A stretch of 53,420 nt of DNA from Chthonomonadales bacterium (GCA_046715155.1 JBKJZI010000213.1:1-53420), one strand, 5' to 3'; shown: positions 9,665 to 18,750, numbered from the stretch's first letter. Translations and numbers: made by a program. Notes: a model not told the origin generated them from the sequence alone.

Positions 9665-12169
9665 ATGAAAACCGCTTCTCTCGCGCTCATAGTTGCGGCG
9701 CTTTCGTCGCTGCTGTCCGCAGATTCGCCTCAACAGACCGGCAAGCCGGTATGGTGGGCCTTCGTCCCTCCCCCTAAGCCGCCGATTCCGATTGTCGAAA
9801 AACGAACAACGAAAAACGAAAACCCGATTGACGCGTTCCTTCTGGCGAAACTGCGTGAGAACGGCCTGGATTTCGCGCCAAAGGCCGATCATCGACCCCT
9901 GATTCGACGGATTCACTGCGACCTGACGGGGCTGCCACCCGATCCCGAACAGCTCGACGAGCCGTATGAGGAGGCGGTCGAGCGGCTGCTGGCATCGCCC
10001 CAATATGGTGAGCGATGGGGTCGGCACTGGCTTGACGTGGTGCGCTTCGGAGAAACGGACGGCGGCGAGCACAATTACGAGCGGCTCAATGCCTGGCCCT
10101 ACCGCGACTATGTCATCAATTCGCTGAATCGCGATGTTCCGTACGACCAGTTCATACGAGAGCAAATCGCGGGGGACCTCCTCTTTCCGAACGACCGGAA
10201 CAAGATGGCCGCTACCGGATTCCTCGTTGCGGGCCCGTGGGACGAGGTGAGCGCGAACCTCAATAAGGACGCCACCATGCGCAAGATCGCCCGTATGGAC
10301 GAGCTGGATGACATGGTCACCACGATCAGCGCCACGTTTCTGGGGCTGACCGTCAACTGCGCCCGCTGCCACGACCACAAGTTCGATCCGATACCGGCGC
10401 GAGACTACTATCGCATGACCGCGGCCCTCACTGGAGCCGGATTTGGCGAACGGAGCGTGGCTACCGCGGAAGAGAAGGCGGCTTACGAACAGCGGGTTAA
10501 GCCGCTTCGTTCGGAGCTGTCCCCGATCGAGACGGAGCTAACCGCCATTGAAGAATCCGTCGCGCCTCCAATGCTGCTGGCCAAATACAAAGCATTCGAC
10601 GAAGCCCGCCGCGCTGAGAAGCAGCGGATTCCGCTAAATCCACTCTACAACCGAAACGGATTCCCCCCGGTGACCGCCAGCCGCTTCCGCCTGGTCGTGA
10701 TGGGTCAATCGAGCGGCAAACCGCGCCTCGCCCGCTTGGAACTGCTGCCCGCCGGCCATTTGGTAAGGGACTGGAGCGCCGCCGAATCCGGATCGATAGA
10801 TAAGCCCACTTATCTCAATATCGACCTCCCAAACCCTGTAACGGTATCCGACATCGTCTGGTCCACCGGCTCCACGGCGTCAAACCGAGACGGAATGATC
10901 ACTATCTACCGGTTCGAGGTTTCACAGGACGGAACCAACTGGAAATCGCTCTGCGAATCGACTGACCATGTCTCGAAACTTGAAGTTGACCTCCCCGGTC
11001 TGAGCGAAGAAGAGCTGAGTCGCGCATTAACTTTGGAGCAGCGTAATCGCCGGGCGGAACTGCGCAAGCGTCGCAGCGAGCTCCAGGAGCAAATCAGCCG
11101 AATTCCGCTGCCCCCACGCCTCTATGCTGTGAACCCGAGGGAGCCGGAAAAGGCGTTCCTTCTCGACCGCGGAAGTGTGCTCAAGCAAGTGGAGGAGGTC
11201 AAACCTGGCGGCCTATCTTGCATTACTACTCTATCGCCCGACATTGCCGGAATGCGGGATACCGAATACGGAATAGGCCCGGTCCTCGCAGCGGCCGGTC
11301 AAATCCAAAATCCAAGCTCTAAAATCCAAAATGACCCTCGCATCGCGCTTGCCGATTGGATCGCGAATCCGCGGAATCCGCTCACAGCGCGAGTGATCGT
11401 AAATCGTGTCTGGTACTACCATTTCGGCGCGGGAATTGTGAACACGCCGAGCGATTTTGGTGTGATGGGCGATCGGCCGTCACATCCCGAACTCTTGGAT
11501 TGGCTGGCCACATCGTTCATAGAACACGGCTGGAGCCTGAAGTGGCTGCACCGGCAGATTCTGAGCTCGCGAGCCTACCAACAATCATCGAGGTTCAACT
11601 CCAGGGCGCATGCAATCGATGCCGGGAATCGCCTGGTCTGGCGGATGCCTTTGAAGCGGATGGACGCCGAAACGCTGCGGGATTCCATACTTCGCGTGTC
11701 GGGAAACCTGGACCTGAAAGCCGGCGGACCTAGCTATCCCCTACAGAAGAAAGGCGATCGCGGGTCTTACATCTACAAAGCGCTGGACAACGACGGGCCC
11801 GAGGTGTGGCGGCGCGCGGTCTATCGCTTCGTGGTCCGCGGCGGCGAGAGGATTATGCTCGATAGTTTGGATTGCCCGGACCCATCTGTCGCCACGCCTC
11901 AACGCCAGGTCTCCAACACCCCCGTGCAGGCGCTCACCCTCTTGAACAACGCCTTCGTCATCCGCCAGTCCGGCCTCTTGGCGACTCGTCTCGAGAAGGA
12001 AGCCCCGAATGACGTTACGGCGCAGGTAAACCGCGCCTATTCTCTCGCCTTCGGACGAAATCCGACTTCCGGCGAGGTCGTCCGCGCACGCCGATATATC
12101 TCCAAGCACTCGCTTCCCCTGTTTTGCCGCGCGATGCTGAATTCAAATGAGTTCGTCTATGTGCCCTGA
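9665..12169 (+). CDS. DUF1549/DUF1553 (PSCyt2/PSD1) protein lacking the N-terminal PSCyt1 domain
   Basis: Signal peptide; YGERWGRHWLDVVRF; CARCHDHKFDP; HPELLDWLA; NTPVQALTLLNN; C-terminal NSNEFVYVP. Confidence 0.92.
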   Translation: MKTASLALIVAALSSLLSADSPQQTGKPVWWAFVPPPKPPIPIVEKRTTKNENPIDAFLLAKLRENGLDFAPKADHRPLIRRIHCDLTGLPPDPEQLDEPYEEAVERLLASPQYGERWGRHWLDVVRFGETDGGEHNYERLNAWPYRDYVINSLNRDVPYDQFIREQIAGDLLFPNDRNKMAATGFLVAGPWDEVSANLNKDATMRKIARMDELDDMVTTISATFLGLTVNCARCHDHKFDPIPARDYYRMTAALTGAGFGERSVATAEEKAAYEQRVKPLRSELSPIETELTAIEESVAPPMLLAKYKAFDEARRAEKQRIPLNPLYNRNGFPPVTASRFRLVVMGQSSGKPRLARLELLPAGHLVRDWSAAESGSIDKPTYLNIDLPNPVTVSDIVWSTGSTASNRDGMITIYRFEVSQDGTNWKSLCESTDHVSKLEVDLPGLSEEELSRALTLEQRNRRAELRKRRSELQEQISRIPLPPRLYAVNPREPEKAFLLDRGSVLKQVEEVKPGGLSCITTLSPDIAGMRDTEYGIGPVLAAAGQIQNPSSKIQNDPRIALADWIANPRNPLTARVIVNRVWYYHFGAGIVNTPSDFGVMGDRPSHPELLDWLATSFIEHGWSLKWLHRQILSSRAYQQSSRFNSRAHAIDAGNRLVWRMPLKRMDAETLRDSILRVSGNLDLKAGGPSYPLQKKGDRGSYIYKALDNDGPEVWRRAVYRFVVRGGERIMLDSLDCPDPSVATPQRQVSNTPVQALTLLNNAFVIRQSGLLATRLEKEAPNDVTAQVNRAYSLAFGRNPTSGEVVRARRYISKHSLPLFCRAMLNSNEFVYVP
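9795..9822 (+). repeat. (ACGAAAA)4-like array inside CDS
   Basis: tcgaaaa acgaaca acgaaaa acgaaaa, encoding EKRTTKNEN. Confidence 0.75.
11248..11334 (+). repeat. Composite heptamer element (CGGAATA)4...(AAAATCC)5, in-frame in CDS
   Basis: cggaatg cgggata ccgaata cggaata ... caaatcc aaaatcc aagctct aaaatcc aaaatga; encodes GMRDTEYGI...QIQNPSSKIQN. Confidence 0.8.
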
Positions 12170-13601
12170 GAACTGCAAACGCACCAATCGGCTCCCCACC
12201 CGGAGAGAACTGCTCTGGGAGATAGGCGGCGGCCTCGCCGGAATCGCCCTCGCCACCCTCTTCGCGGATGAAGCCAAAGCCCAACTACCCAACGACTTAC
12301 CGACTCAGCGGCCCCATTACCCGCCGAAAGCGAAGCAGGTCATCTTCATCCACCTCCCCGGCGGCCTGAGCCATGTGGATTCGTTCGACTACAAGCCCGG
12401 CTTGATCAAACATCACGGCCAGGAAGTCAAGGGCTCAAACGAGATCGTCGCGTTCAACGGCAAGCGCGGAACCGTTCTAAAGAGCCCCTGGGCGTTCAAG
12501 CAGCATGGCAAGTCCGGCAAGTGGGTCAGCGACATGCTCCCCCACCTCGCGACCTGCGTGGACGATCTTACGTTCATCCACTCTATGGTCGCACGCAGCA
12601 ACGCGCACGGTCCCGCGCTATTCCAAATGTCCTCGGGATTTATCTTCCAAGGCTTTCCCTGCGCCGGATCGTGGATTAGCTATGGTTTAGGCTCGCAGAA
12701 CCGCAACCTGCCTTCCTTCGTGGTGCTGCCGGACCCAAGAGGACTTCCGCCCTGCGGAGCAGCGCTCTGGGGAAACGGATTCCTGCCGGCAGCGCACCAG
12801 GGCGTTCAGTTCGGCACGGAAAAGACTCCAATCGTCGACATTCGGCCTCCGGACTCGGTCACCCGGGCCGACCAGGCGGCCACCTACGACCTCCTATCAC
12901 AGCTTAACGAAGATCACCTCAAGGCACACCCTGGAGAGGACGCCCTGGTTGGGCGAATCCGAGCATACGAGTTGGCGGCGCGAATGCAGGTGAGCGCTCC
13001 GGAAGTCACCAGCATCGCCGGCGAAAGCGAGCGGACGAAGGAGATGTATGGGCTGAACGAATTGGTCACGAGAGCCTACGGATACAACTGCCTGTTGGCC
13101 CGACGACTCATTGAGCGAGGAGTACGCTGTGTGCAGCTATACAATGGCGGGCACTTCGGCGAGCCCCGAATCAACTGGGACGCCCACGAAGACCTGGTCG
13201 CCAACCATAACAAGAATGCGGCCATTCTGGACAAACCGACCGCCGCGCTCATCAGGGATCTGAAGCAGAGAGGGCTGCTCAATCAGACTCTATTAGTTTT
13301 CACTACGGAGTTCGGCCGCCTGCCGATCACCGAAGGTATTGGCGAAGGCGGGCGGGACCATAACCCGGAAGGATTTACCGCGTTCCTTGCAGGCGCCGGT
13401 TTGAAGCCAGGGATCTCCTACGGAGAAACGGATGAGCTAGGCTACCGTGCGGCGCGGAATCCGGTGACGCTCTACGACTTTCACGCCACCATCCTCTATC
13501 TGCTCGGCCTCGACCACGAACAGCTCACTTTCTACCACAACGGCGCCCGTCGCCGCCTCACAGACGTCCACGGCCACGTCATCAAGCCAATACTCGCTTG
13601 A
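12147..13601 (+). CDS. DUF1501 domain protein (Tat-exported), second paralog
   Basis: TRRELL; KAKQVIFIHLPGGLSHVDSFDYKP; WDAH; TEFGRLP; GRDHN; RLTDVHG; start may be 12159. Confidence 0.93.
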   Translation: MSSSMCPENCKRTNRLPTRRELLWEIGGGLAGIALATLFADEAKAQLPNDLPTQRPHYPPKAKQVIFIHLPGGLSHVDSFDYKPGLIKHHGQEVKGSNEIVAFNGKRGTVLKSPWAFKQHGKSGKWVSDMLPHLATCVDDLTFIHSMVARSNAHGPALFQMSSGFIFQGFPCAGSWISYGLGSQNRNLPSFVVLPDPRGLPPCGAALWGNGFLPAAHQGVQFGTEKTPIVDIRPPDSVTRADQAATYDLLSQLNEDHLKAHPGEDALVGRIRAYELAARMQVSAPEVTSIAGESERTKEMYGLNELVTRAYGYNCLLARRLIERGVRCVQLYNGGHFGEPRINWDAHEDLVANHNKNAAILDKPTAALIRDLKQRGLLNQTLLVFTTEFGRLPITEGIGEGGRDHNPEGFTAFLAGAGLKPGISYGETDELGYRAARNPVTLYDFHATILYLLGLDHEQLTFYHNGARRRLTDVHGHVIKPILA

Positions 13602-13602
13602 G

Positions 13603-14340
13603 ATGAAAGCGCACCTACATTTCGTGGACGGTCCAAGCCAGTGTATGTACCTGCCGGACCGATTGGCCACGCTCGAGTATGAACTCGTCGCCGGAATCAG
13701 TCCGGAAGAGTATGAGCGCCGAATGGAGAGCGGCTGGAGGAAATTCGGACGGATTCTCTTCCAACCGGTGTGCGACGGCTGCTCCGAATGCCGCCCGATT
13801 CGCGTCCCAGTTGATCGGTTTGTCCCCGATCGCAGCCAGCGGCGGGCACTAAAGCGAAACGAAGACCTCGTGGTTCGCATTGGCCGTCCATCGGTTGACC
13901 GCGAGCGCCTGGGTCTATGGAACCGTTATCACGCTGCGCAGAGTGAGCGAAAGGGCTGGCCATTCGAATCGGCAAGCGCCTGGCACTACTCCTTCACCTA
14001 CCTTGAGAATCCGGTTCCGTCGCTGGAAGTAGCGGCATTCGACGGCGATGAGCTTGTCGCAGTCGCGCTCGTGGATGTTACTCCGAACGCTGTCTCGGGA
14101 ATCTACCACTACCACGACCCGCAGCGGGCGGACCGGAGTCTGGGTAAGTTCGTGATGTTAAGCTGCATAAACCTCACCCACGAGCTTGGGAAGCGCTACT
14201 TCTACCTCGGTTACTACGTCGCCGGATGCGCCAGCATGTCTTATAAATCCGGATTCGGCCCTTGCGAGGTTCTGACGTCTCAGGGCGAATGGGCGCCTTT
14301 CGTACGCAAACCTAATTACAGTTCGCCAAATGGCGAATAA
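13603..14340 (+). CDS. bpt: Bacterial arginyl-tRNA-protein transferase-like / Asp-Glu leucyltransferase (Bpt)
   Basis: CMYLP, GWRKFG...PVCDGCSECRPIR, SLGKF, YLGYYVAGCASMSYK: ATE_N/ATE_C signature. Confidence 0.88.
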   Translation: MKAHLHFVDGPSQCMYLPDRLATLEYELVAGISPEEYERRMESGWRKFGRILFQPVCDGCSECRPIRVPVDRFVPDRSQRRALKRNEDLVVRIGRPSVDRERLGLWNRYHAAQSERKGWPFESASAWHYSFTYLENPVPSLEVAAFDGDELVAVALVDVTPNAVSGIYHYHDPQRADRSLGKFVMLSCINLTHELGKRYFYLGYYVAGCASMSYKSGFGPCEVLTSQGEWAPFVRKPNYSSPNGE

Positions 14341-14369
14341 AACGATGCCGAGTGCGGAGAGGACACAGG

Positions 14370-14447
14370 ATGTGTACTTATGCAAAGTCGGACGCGACAG
14401 AGGTAGAAATTGGCATTGCCCGCCTTGAAGAGGGCTTATTCGTATGA
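14370..14447 (+). CDS. 25-aa ORF resembling the C-terminus of Xre/MbcA/ParS antitoxins
   Basis: MCTYAKSDATEVEIGIARLEEGLFV*; GGAGAGGA upstream; ATGA overlap with the RES start. Confidence 0.55.
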   Translation: MCTYAKSDATEVEIGIARLEEGLFV

Positions 14448-14911
14448 AGGTGACGGCATGGAGTTTCGTCAACGCCAATCGTGCGGCGGATGCGTTCAGT
14501 GGTGAAGGACCACGACGAGTCGGTGGGCGGTGGAACAATCCGGGGACCGCAATGGTCTATACGGCCGGGACACGGTCCCTGGCGGCGTTGGAAGTGCTCG
14601 TCCACCTGAATCAGGCGGAACTGACACTGTCGTACGTCCTCATCGGAGTGACCTTCCATTCCGCAAGTGTAGAAACGTTGGACCGCAAACTGCTTCCCGC
14701 CGATTGGCGATCGTCGCCAGCGCCGCGAAGCCTTCAGGAGATCGGGGATGATTGGCTAGCCCGACAATCATCCGCTGTCCTCAGGGTGCCAAGCGCCATC
14801 ATATCGGAGGAGGCGTGCTACCTGATTAATCCGGCACACCCCTACTTCTCCAAAATGAGGTTCGGCAAACCCGAAGACTTCGGCTTCGCTCCACGACTGA
14901 AGAGCGATTAG
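14444..14911 (+). CDS. RES-domain toxin (NAD+ phosphorylase / mART, MbcT/ParT-like)
   Basis: AFSGEG...GGRWN, VYTA, SLAALEVLVH, LRVPSAII, YLINPAH. Confidence 0.9.
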   Translation: MKVTAWSFVNANRAADAFSGEGPRRVGGRWNNPGTAMVYTAGTRSLAALEVLVHLNQAELTLSYVLIGVTFHSASVETLDRKLLPADWRSSPAPRSLQEIGDDWLARQSSAVLRVPSAIISEEACYLINPAHPYFSKMRFGKPEDFGFAPRLKSD

Positions 14912-15778
14912 CGCTGCTTCTCCGGATCGATGGACGGGTCGGGTGGAAGGCCGAGCTGCTGGTAGAGGCGGCGGCGGGCGGCTTTGTCTTCGGCCACCAC
15001 CTTTTTGAGCGTACTTCGCCACATCTTCCACAACCGCTCGCGGAACCACGATCACGCCGTCCCCATCCCCCACGATCACATCGCCCGGTTTTACGAGCGC
15101 GCCGCCGCAGACGATGGGGCGGTTGACGGATTCGATCTCGTTGCGCCCGGGGCGGATTCCGCGGCCGGGTTTCTGAAAGTACAGCGGAATCCCCTCGGTG
15201 ATGATCTCATCGGTGTCCCGGGCCGTGGCACTTGTAACCACGCCTACGCAGCCACGCAGTTTCCAGCTCATGATGTTGTTCGAGCCGATCGAGCCTACGT
15301 CCACCCTCGCGGAATCCTCGATCACCAACGCCGATCCCTTGCGCAAAAGCGGCATGAAGGGCTCCGAGGACAGCTTGCTATACCACTCCCCCGCCCACTT
15401 GTCGTAGTCTTCAACTTTCATCTTGCCGGCGGGAGGAAGCTGCGTCGGCACATAGCGGGCAGTAACTGCGATTCCGATGAAACGATGGGTGAACTTCTGC
15501 GTGTCTTTCCAGAGCGGCCGAATGTCGGAATCCATCAATCCGGTGTTTTGAAGGCCCACTGCGTCCATTCCATCGGACACGTCCGCGACACGGAGCCCCT
15601 TGAAAAGCGATAGAATCCGCTGGTCGTCGTTCTCAGGATAGACCCTCGTTTGCATGAAGGTCTTACCTGCCCGGAGCTCAGCCGGATCAGCGGCCTGGCC
15701 CACGGCTGCGCGGATGCCCAATCCAACGACAAGGGTGAAAAGCGCAACACCGAGCGCGGATGTTGGACCAAACTTCAT
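14908..15778 (-). CDS. RraA/HMG-aldolase family protein with signal peptide; apparent +1 frameshift at ~15004
   Basis: VADVSDGMD, GIAVTARY, RDTDEI, VKPGDVIVGDGDGVIVVP; removing one A from AAAAA gives ...QKVVAEDKAARRRLYQQLGLPPDPSIDPEKQR* ending at 14908. Confidence 0.82.
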
Positions 15779-15937
15779 CGTTTCGCCTCCGTCACAGTCT
15801 GAGGGTACTGCGACCCAGTTGCACTGCTACGGTCGTTACGTTCACTTACTCAGTTGCTGTGGCTGCCGCCACGGTTGCCCGCGTACACCCCCGCACTCTA
15901 CAAAAGTAGGAGATGAGCGTACTCCCAGTCCGGGTCC

Positions 15938-16180
15938 CTAATTTGGATTCGCCAGCTTCCACTTCCCATCCCCGATATACTCTATGATGTTGCCGCAGCC
16001 CGTACAAATCGCTCGCGATTGCTTACCCTGGCCAACTGGCGGCGCTTTCGGCTCACCCGTCACGATGCAACGGGGCCGGAGCGGTTTCTTGCATACGGGG
16101 CACCGGCCGAATGCCGGCGGATCGCCGGGCTCGGAAGGACTTTCTGTGATATCAGGGGTACGAATCGTCTCCGTGCTCAA
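15938..16180 (-). CDS. Small zinc-ribbon protein
   Basis: GGAGGTGA RBS; CPVC and CTGC pairs. Confidence 0.6.
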   Translation of the reverse strand: MSTETIRTPDITESPSEPGDPPAFGRCPVCKKPLRPRCIVTGEPKAPPVGQGKQSRAICTGCGNIIEYIGDGKWKLANPN

Positions 16181-16361
16181 AGAATCACCTCCGGCAAGAT
16201 CACATCCGGAATCTTACCCGGAATCCGGCAGCCGCGGAAATCAGCAAGCGGGCGGGCGGACTGCAGGAGTCCGGTAACCTATAACCCAATTACATCGTCA
16301 CGTATCACAGAAGTACGAAGCTTTCCCCGAGCGTGCGCCGGCCCAACACGAACAGCCACGG

Positions 16362-17972
16362 ATGGAGATCCATGGCCGGGAAAAAACTTTGCAGAATCTG
16401 ACACGCCTCAACATGCTCATGGTTACCTTCTTCCTGCTCCCCCAGTTTTTGGGGTTAGGAGATGCCTCCGCACAAGTCAGTATCGAAGGCCCGAAGCTAC
16501 TCGTTACCACGCCGAACCTCATCGCAACGTTCAATGGCCCGGACCTCGTTCGCGTCTTTAACCGCACCACGAATGAGCTGCACATAAATACCATTTCGCC
16601 AATGAAGCCGCTGATGAAGGTGTCCATGCTGCGGCGGAATTCAGCGCGGATGCTTGACCATGGCTGGCACTATGGGCGCAGCCAGGATGGTGGGGCCCCC
16701 AATTCCGCCCAGACCATGCTTACCGACCTCTCTACCCGGGTCTGGATCAACGTCGTCGTAGACCGGGACAACCAGGACGTAACCGTTACGCTGTGGGCGG
16801 AATCTCGCGAGGATGAAGTGAGCGGGCTCACATGGGGAATCCGCGGACTCGATCTCTCGAGCGGCCGCCTTATCATTCCCGCATTGGGCGGAGTGGCTAT
16901 CGATTCTAAGACGGCGCCCCAGGCCCTGGTTCTGGATTACCCGCGCGACTGGCAGGCCCAGATGATGGTGTGGGAAAGTCCGAAGGGCGGATTCGTACTC
17001 TACACCCACGACAAGGACCTTTTCAAACGATTCACGCTCAACCGGCGCGGGAACTACGCCGACCTCGGCCTCGAGACTCAAGCCGTCGCTCCGTTCACCA
17101 GGAACGGCAGTGTCAAGCTGTTGGAATGGCGTCTTAACGCCTATAAAGGCGACTGGATGGTCCCCGCCGGCGGCTACCGAAACATCATGCGCTTCCTGCG
17201 CAAGCCTATAGAGCTGCGGCAGCAGAGTGCATGGCTCAAGGACATCAAATTTGTAGAGACTTTCCGCGGACAGGCGTTCAAGCCGGAGCTTATCGATGCG
17301 CTTGCCATGCGCTCTACTCCCAGCCAGACCCTGCTTTACGTCACCGACTGGCGCCGTTCCCCTGGAGACTCGGAGTACCCCGATTTCACACCCCACGCCG
17401 AAGTCAGGGCCTTCGTACGACATGCCCGCGACCGCGGATTCCGAACGATGCTGCGTGTCAATGTCCTCGGAATGCAAACGAACAGCCCGGAGTACTCAAG
17501 CCTCAGCCCTTACCACACCAAGGACCCGGTCTCCGGCGCGCCTATCGAGCACATACTGAACCCGAAATCCACCGACCCACAGCGAATTGCCGTCATGAAC
17601 CCCGCCGCGGTCAGTTTCCGCCGGCTCTTGCTTCAGAAGCTCAACGGCGCGATGGTGGACCTCCAACCCGACGGGCTTCTTCTCGAAGGCAGCGGCTTAG
17701 CCTGGAACGACGGGAACGGCCGATTAAGCAACATGAACTTCATCGAGGGCATGGTCGCCCTCGAGCGCTCATTGCTCTCGACCTACCACGTCGTGCTCGG
17801 CACCGATCAGGTGAACGAGGCAATCTACCCCTACGTTTTCCTCTCCACGCGCCCGAATGACCCGCCGCTCCCGGTTCATCCTATCTCCGAGTACCTCTTC
17901 GGCGACCGCATCCTGTTTTTCAACGCCCCGGCCCCTCCCAAAGCCACGGCCGCGGCGCCAAAAGATCCCTGA
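16362..17972 (+). CDS. Secreted glycoside-hydrolase-like protein (DUF6259-like)
   Basis: Signal peptide (start probably ~16412); N-terminal beta-rich region then TIM-barrel-like segments (LLYVTDWR...YPDF, GFRTML, MNPAA...FR, DGLLLE). Confidence 0.6.
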   Translation: MEIHGREKTLQNLTRLNMLMVTFFLLPQFLGLGDASAQVSIEGPKLLVTTPNLIATFNGPDLVRVFNRTTNELHINTISPMKPLMKVSMLRRNSARMLDHGWHYGRSQDGGAPNSAQTMLTDLSTRVWINVVVDRDNQDVTVTLWAESREDEVSGLTWGIRGLDLSSGRLIIPALGGVAIDSKTAPQALVLDYPRDWQAQMMVWESPKGGFVLYTHDKDLFKRFTLNRRGNYADLGLETQAVAPFTRNGSVKLLEWRLNAYKGDWMVPAGGYRNIMRFLRKPIELRQQSAWLKDIKFVETFRGQAFKPELIDALAMRSTPSQTLLYVTDWRRSPGDSEYPDFTPHAEVRAFVRHARDRGFRTMLRVNVLGMQTNSPEYSSLSPYHTKDPVSGAPIEHILNPKSTDPQRIAVMNPAAVSFRRLLLQKLNGAMVDLQPDGLLLEGSGLAWNDGNGRLSNMNFIEGMVALERSLLSTYHVVLGTDQVNEAIYPYVFLSTRPNDPPLPVHPISEYLFGDRILFFNAPAPPKATAAAPKDP

Positions 17973-17987
17973 ACGCCTGCACGCCCG

Positions 17988-18740
17988 ATGCCCAACGCCT
18001 GGGACCCTTCGCTCTATCAAGCGGCTCACTCGTTCGTCTGGGAGCGGAGTGCCGACCTGCTTGACCTTCTGGACCCTCAGCCCGGCGAGCGGATTCTCGA
18101 CGTGGGGTGCGGTACCGGTCAGCTCACCGCAAAGATCGCAGAATCGGGAGCCCAGGTGCTAGGAATCGACAATTCGGAAGAAATGATAGGGGCCGCGAGG
18201 TCGAACTATCCCGGAGTCAGGTTCGAGGTTGCCGACGTCCGGACCTACCAATCGCGCGAGCCGTTCGATGCGGTATTCTCGAACGCCGCGCTCCACTGGG
18301 TGAAGCCACCCGAACAAGCAGCGGAATCCATTTCGACGTCTCTCAACACGGGCGGTCGTTTCATCGCGGAATTCGGCGGCAAACACAACGTCTCCGCCAT
18401 CCTGGCCGCCGTCAATTCCGCATTCCGCATTCCGCAATCCGCAATTCAGAACCCGTGGTACTTCCCTTCCGTCGGGGAATACGCCACGCTCCTGGAATCC
18501 GTCGGCATCGAAGTTACACATGCCTTCCACTTCCCGCGATTTACGCCCCTCGAAGGCGGGGAAGACGGGCTTCGCAATTGGTTGGCGATGTTCGGCGGCG
18601 CATTTACGGAATCCGTCTCCAAAGATCGCCTGGAATCCGCACTCCCCGCAATAGAATCCCATGCCCGGCCAGCGCTCTACAAAGACGGCCAGTGGCACGC
18701 GGATTACGTACGTCTCCGCATCCGAGCAACTAAAGTTTAG
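17988..18740 (+). CDS. Class I SAM-dependent methyltransferase (Tam-like)
   Basis: WDPSLY; ILDVGCGTGQLT; FDAVFSNAALHWV; ADYVRLR. Confidence 0.92.
   Translation: MPNAWDPSLYQAAHSFVWERSADLLDLLDPQPGERILDVGCGTGQLTAKIAESGAQVLGIDNSEEMIGAARSNYPGVRFEVADVRTYQSREPFDAVFSNAALHWVKPPEQAAESISTSLNTGGRFIAEFGGKHNVSAILAAVNSAFRIPQSAIQNPWYFPSVGEYATLLESVGIEVTHAFHFPRFTPLEGGEDGLRNWLAMFGGAFTESVSKDRLESALPAIESHARPALYKDGQWHADYVRLRIRATKV
18414..18455 (+). repeat. (CATTCCG)n heptamer array inside CDS
   Basis: aattccg cattccg cattccg caatccg caattca gaacccg, encoding NSAFRIPQSAIQNP. Confidence 0.85.
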
Positions 18741-18750
18741 TGCGCCAGAG

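Noticed and set aside
14768-14907. Apparent 140-bp overlap of the RraA-like ORF with the RES toxin
   Set aside because: Artefact of the +1 frameshift; the corrected gene stops at 14908
16183-16230. ATCACCTCCGGCAAG / ATCACATCCGGAATC direct repeat
   Set aside because: Only two imperfect copies, one overlapping the SD of the Zn-ribbon gene; may be chance
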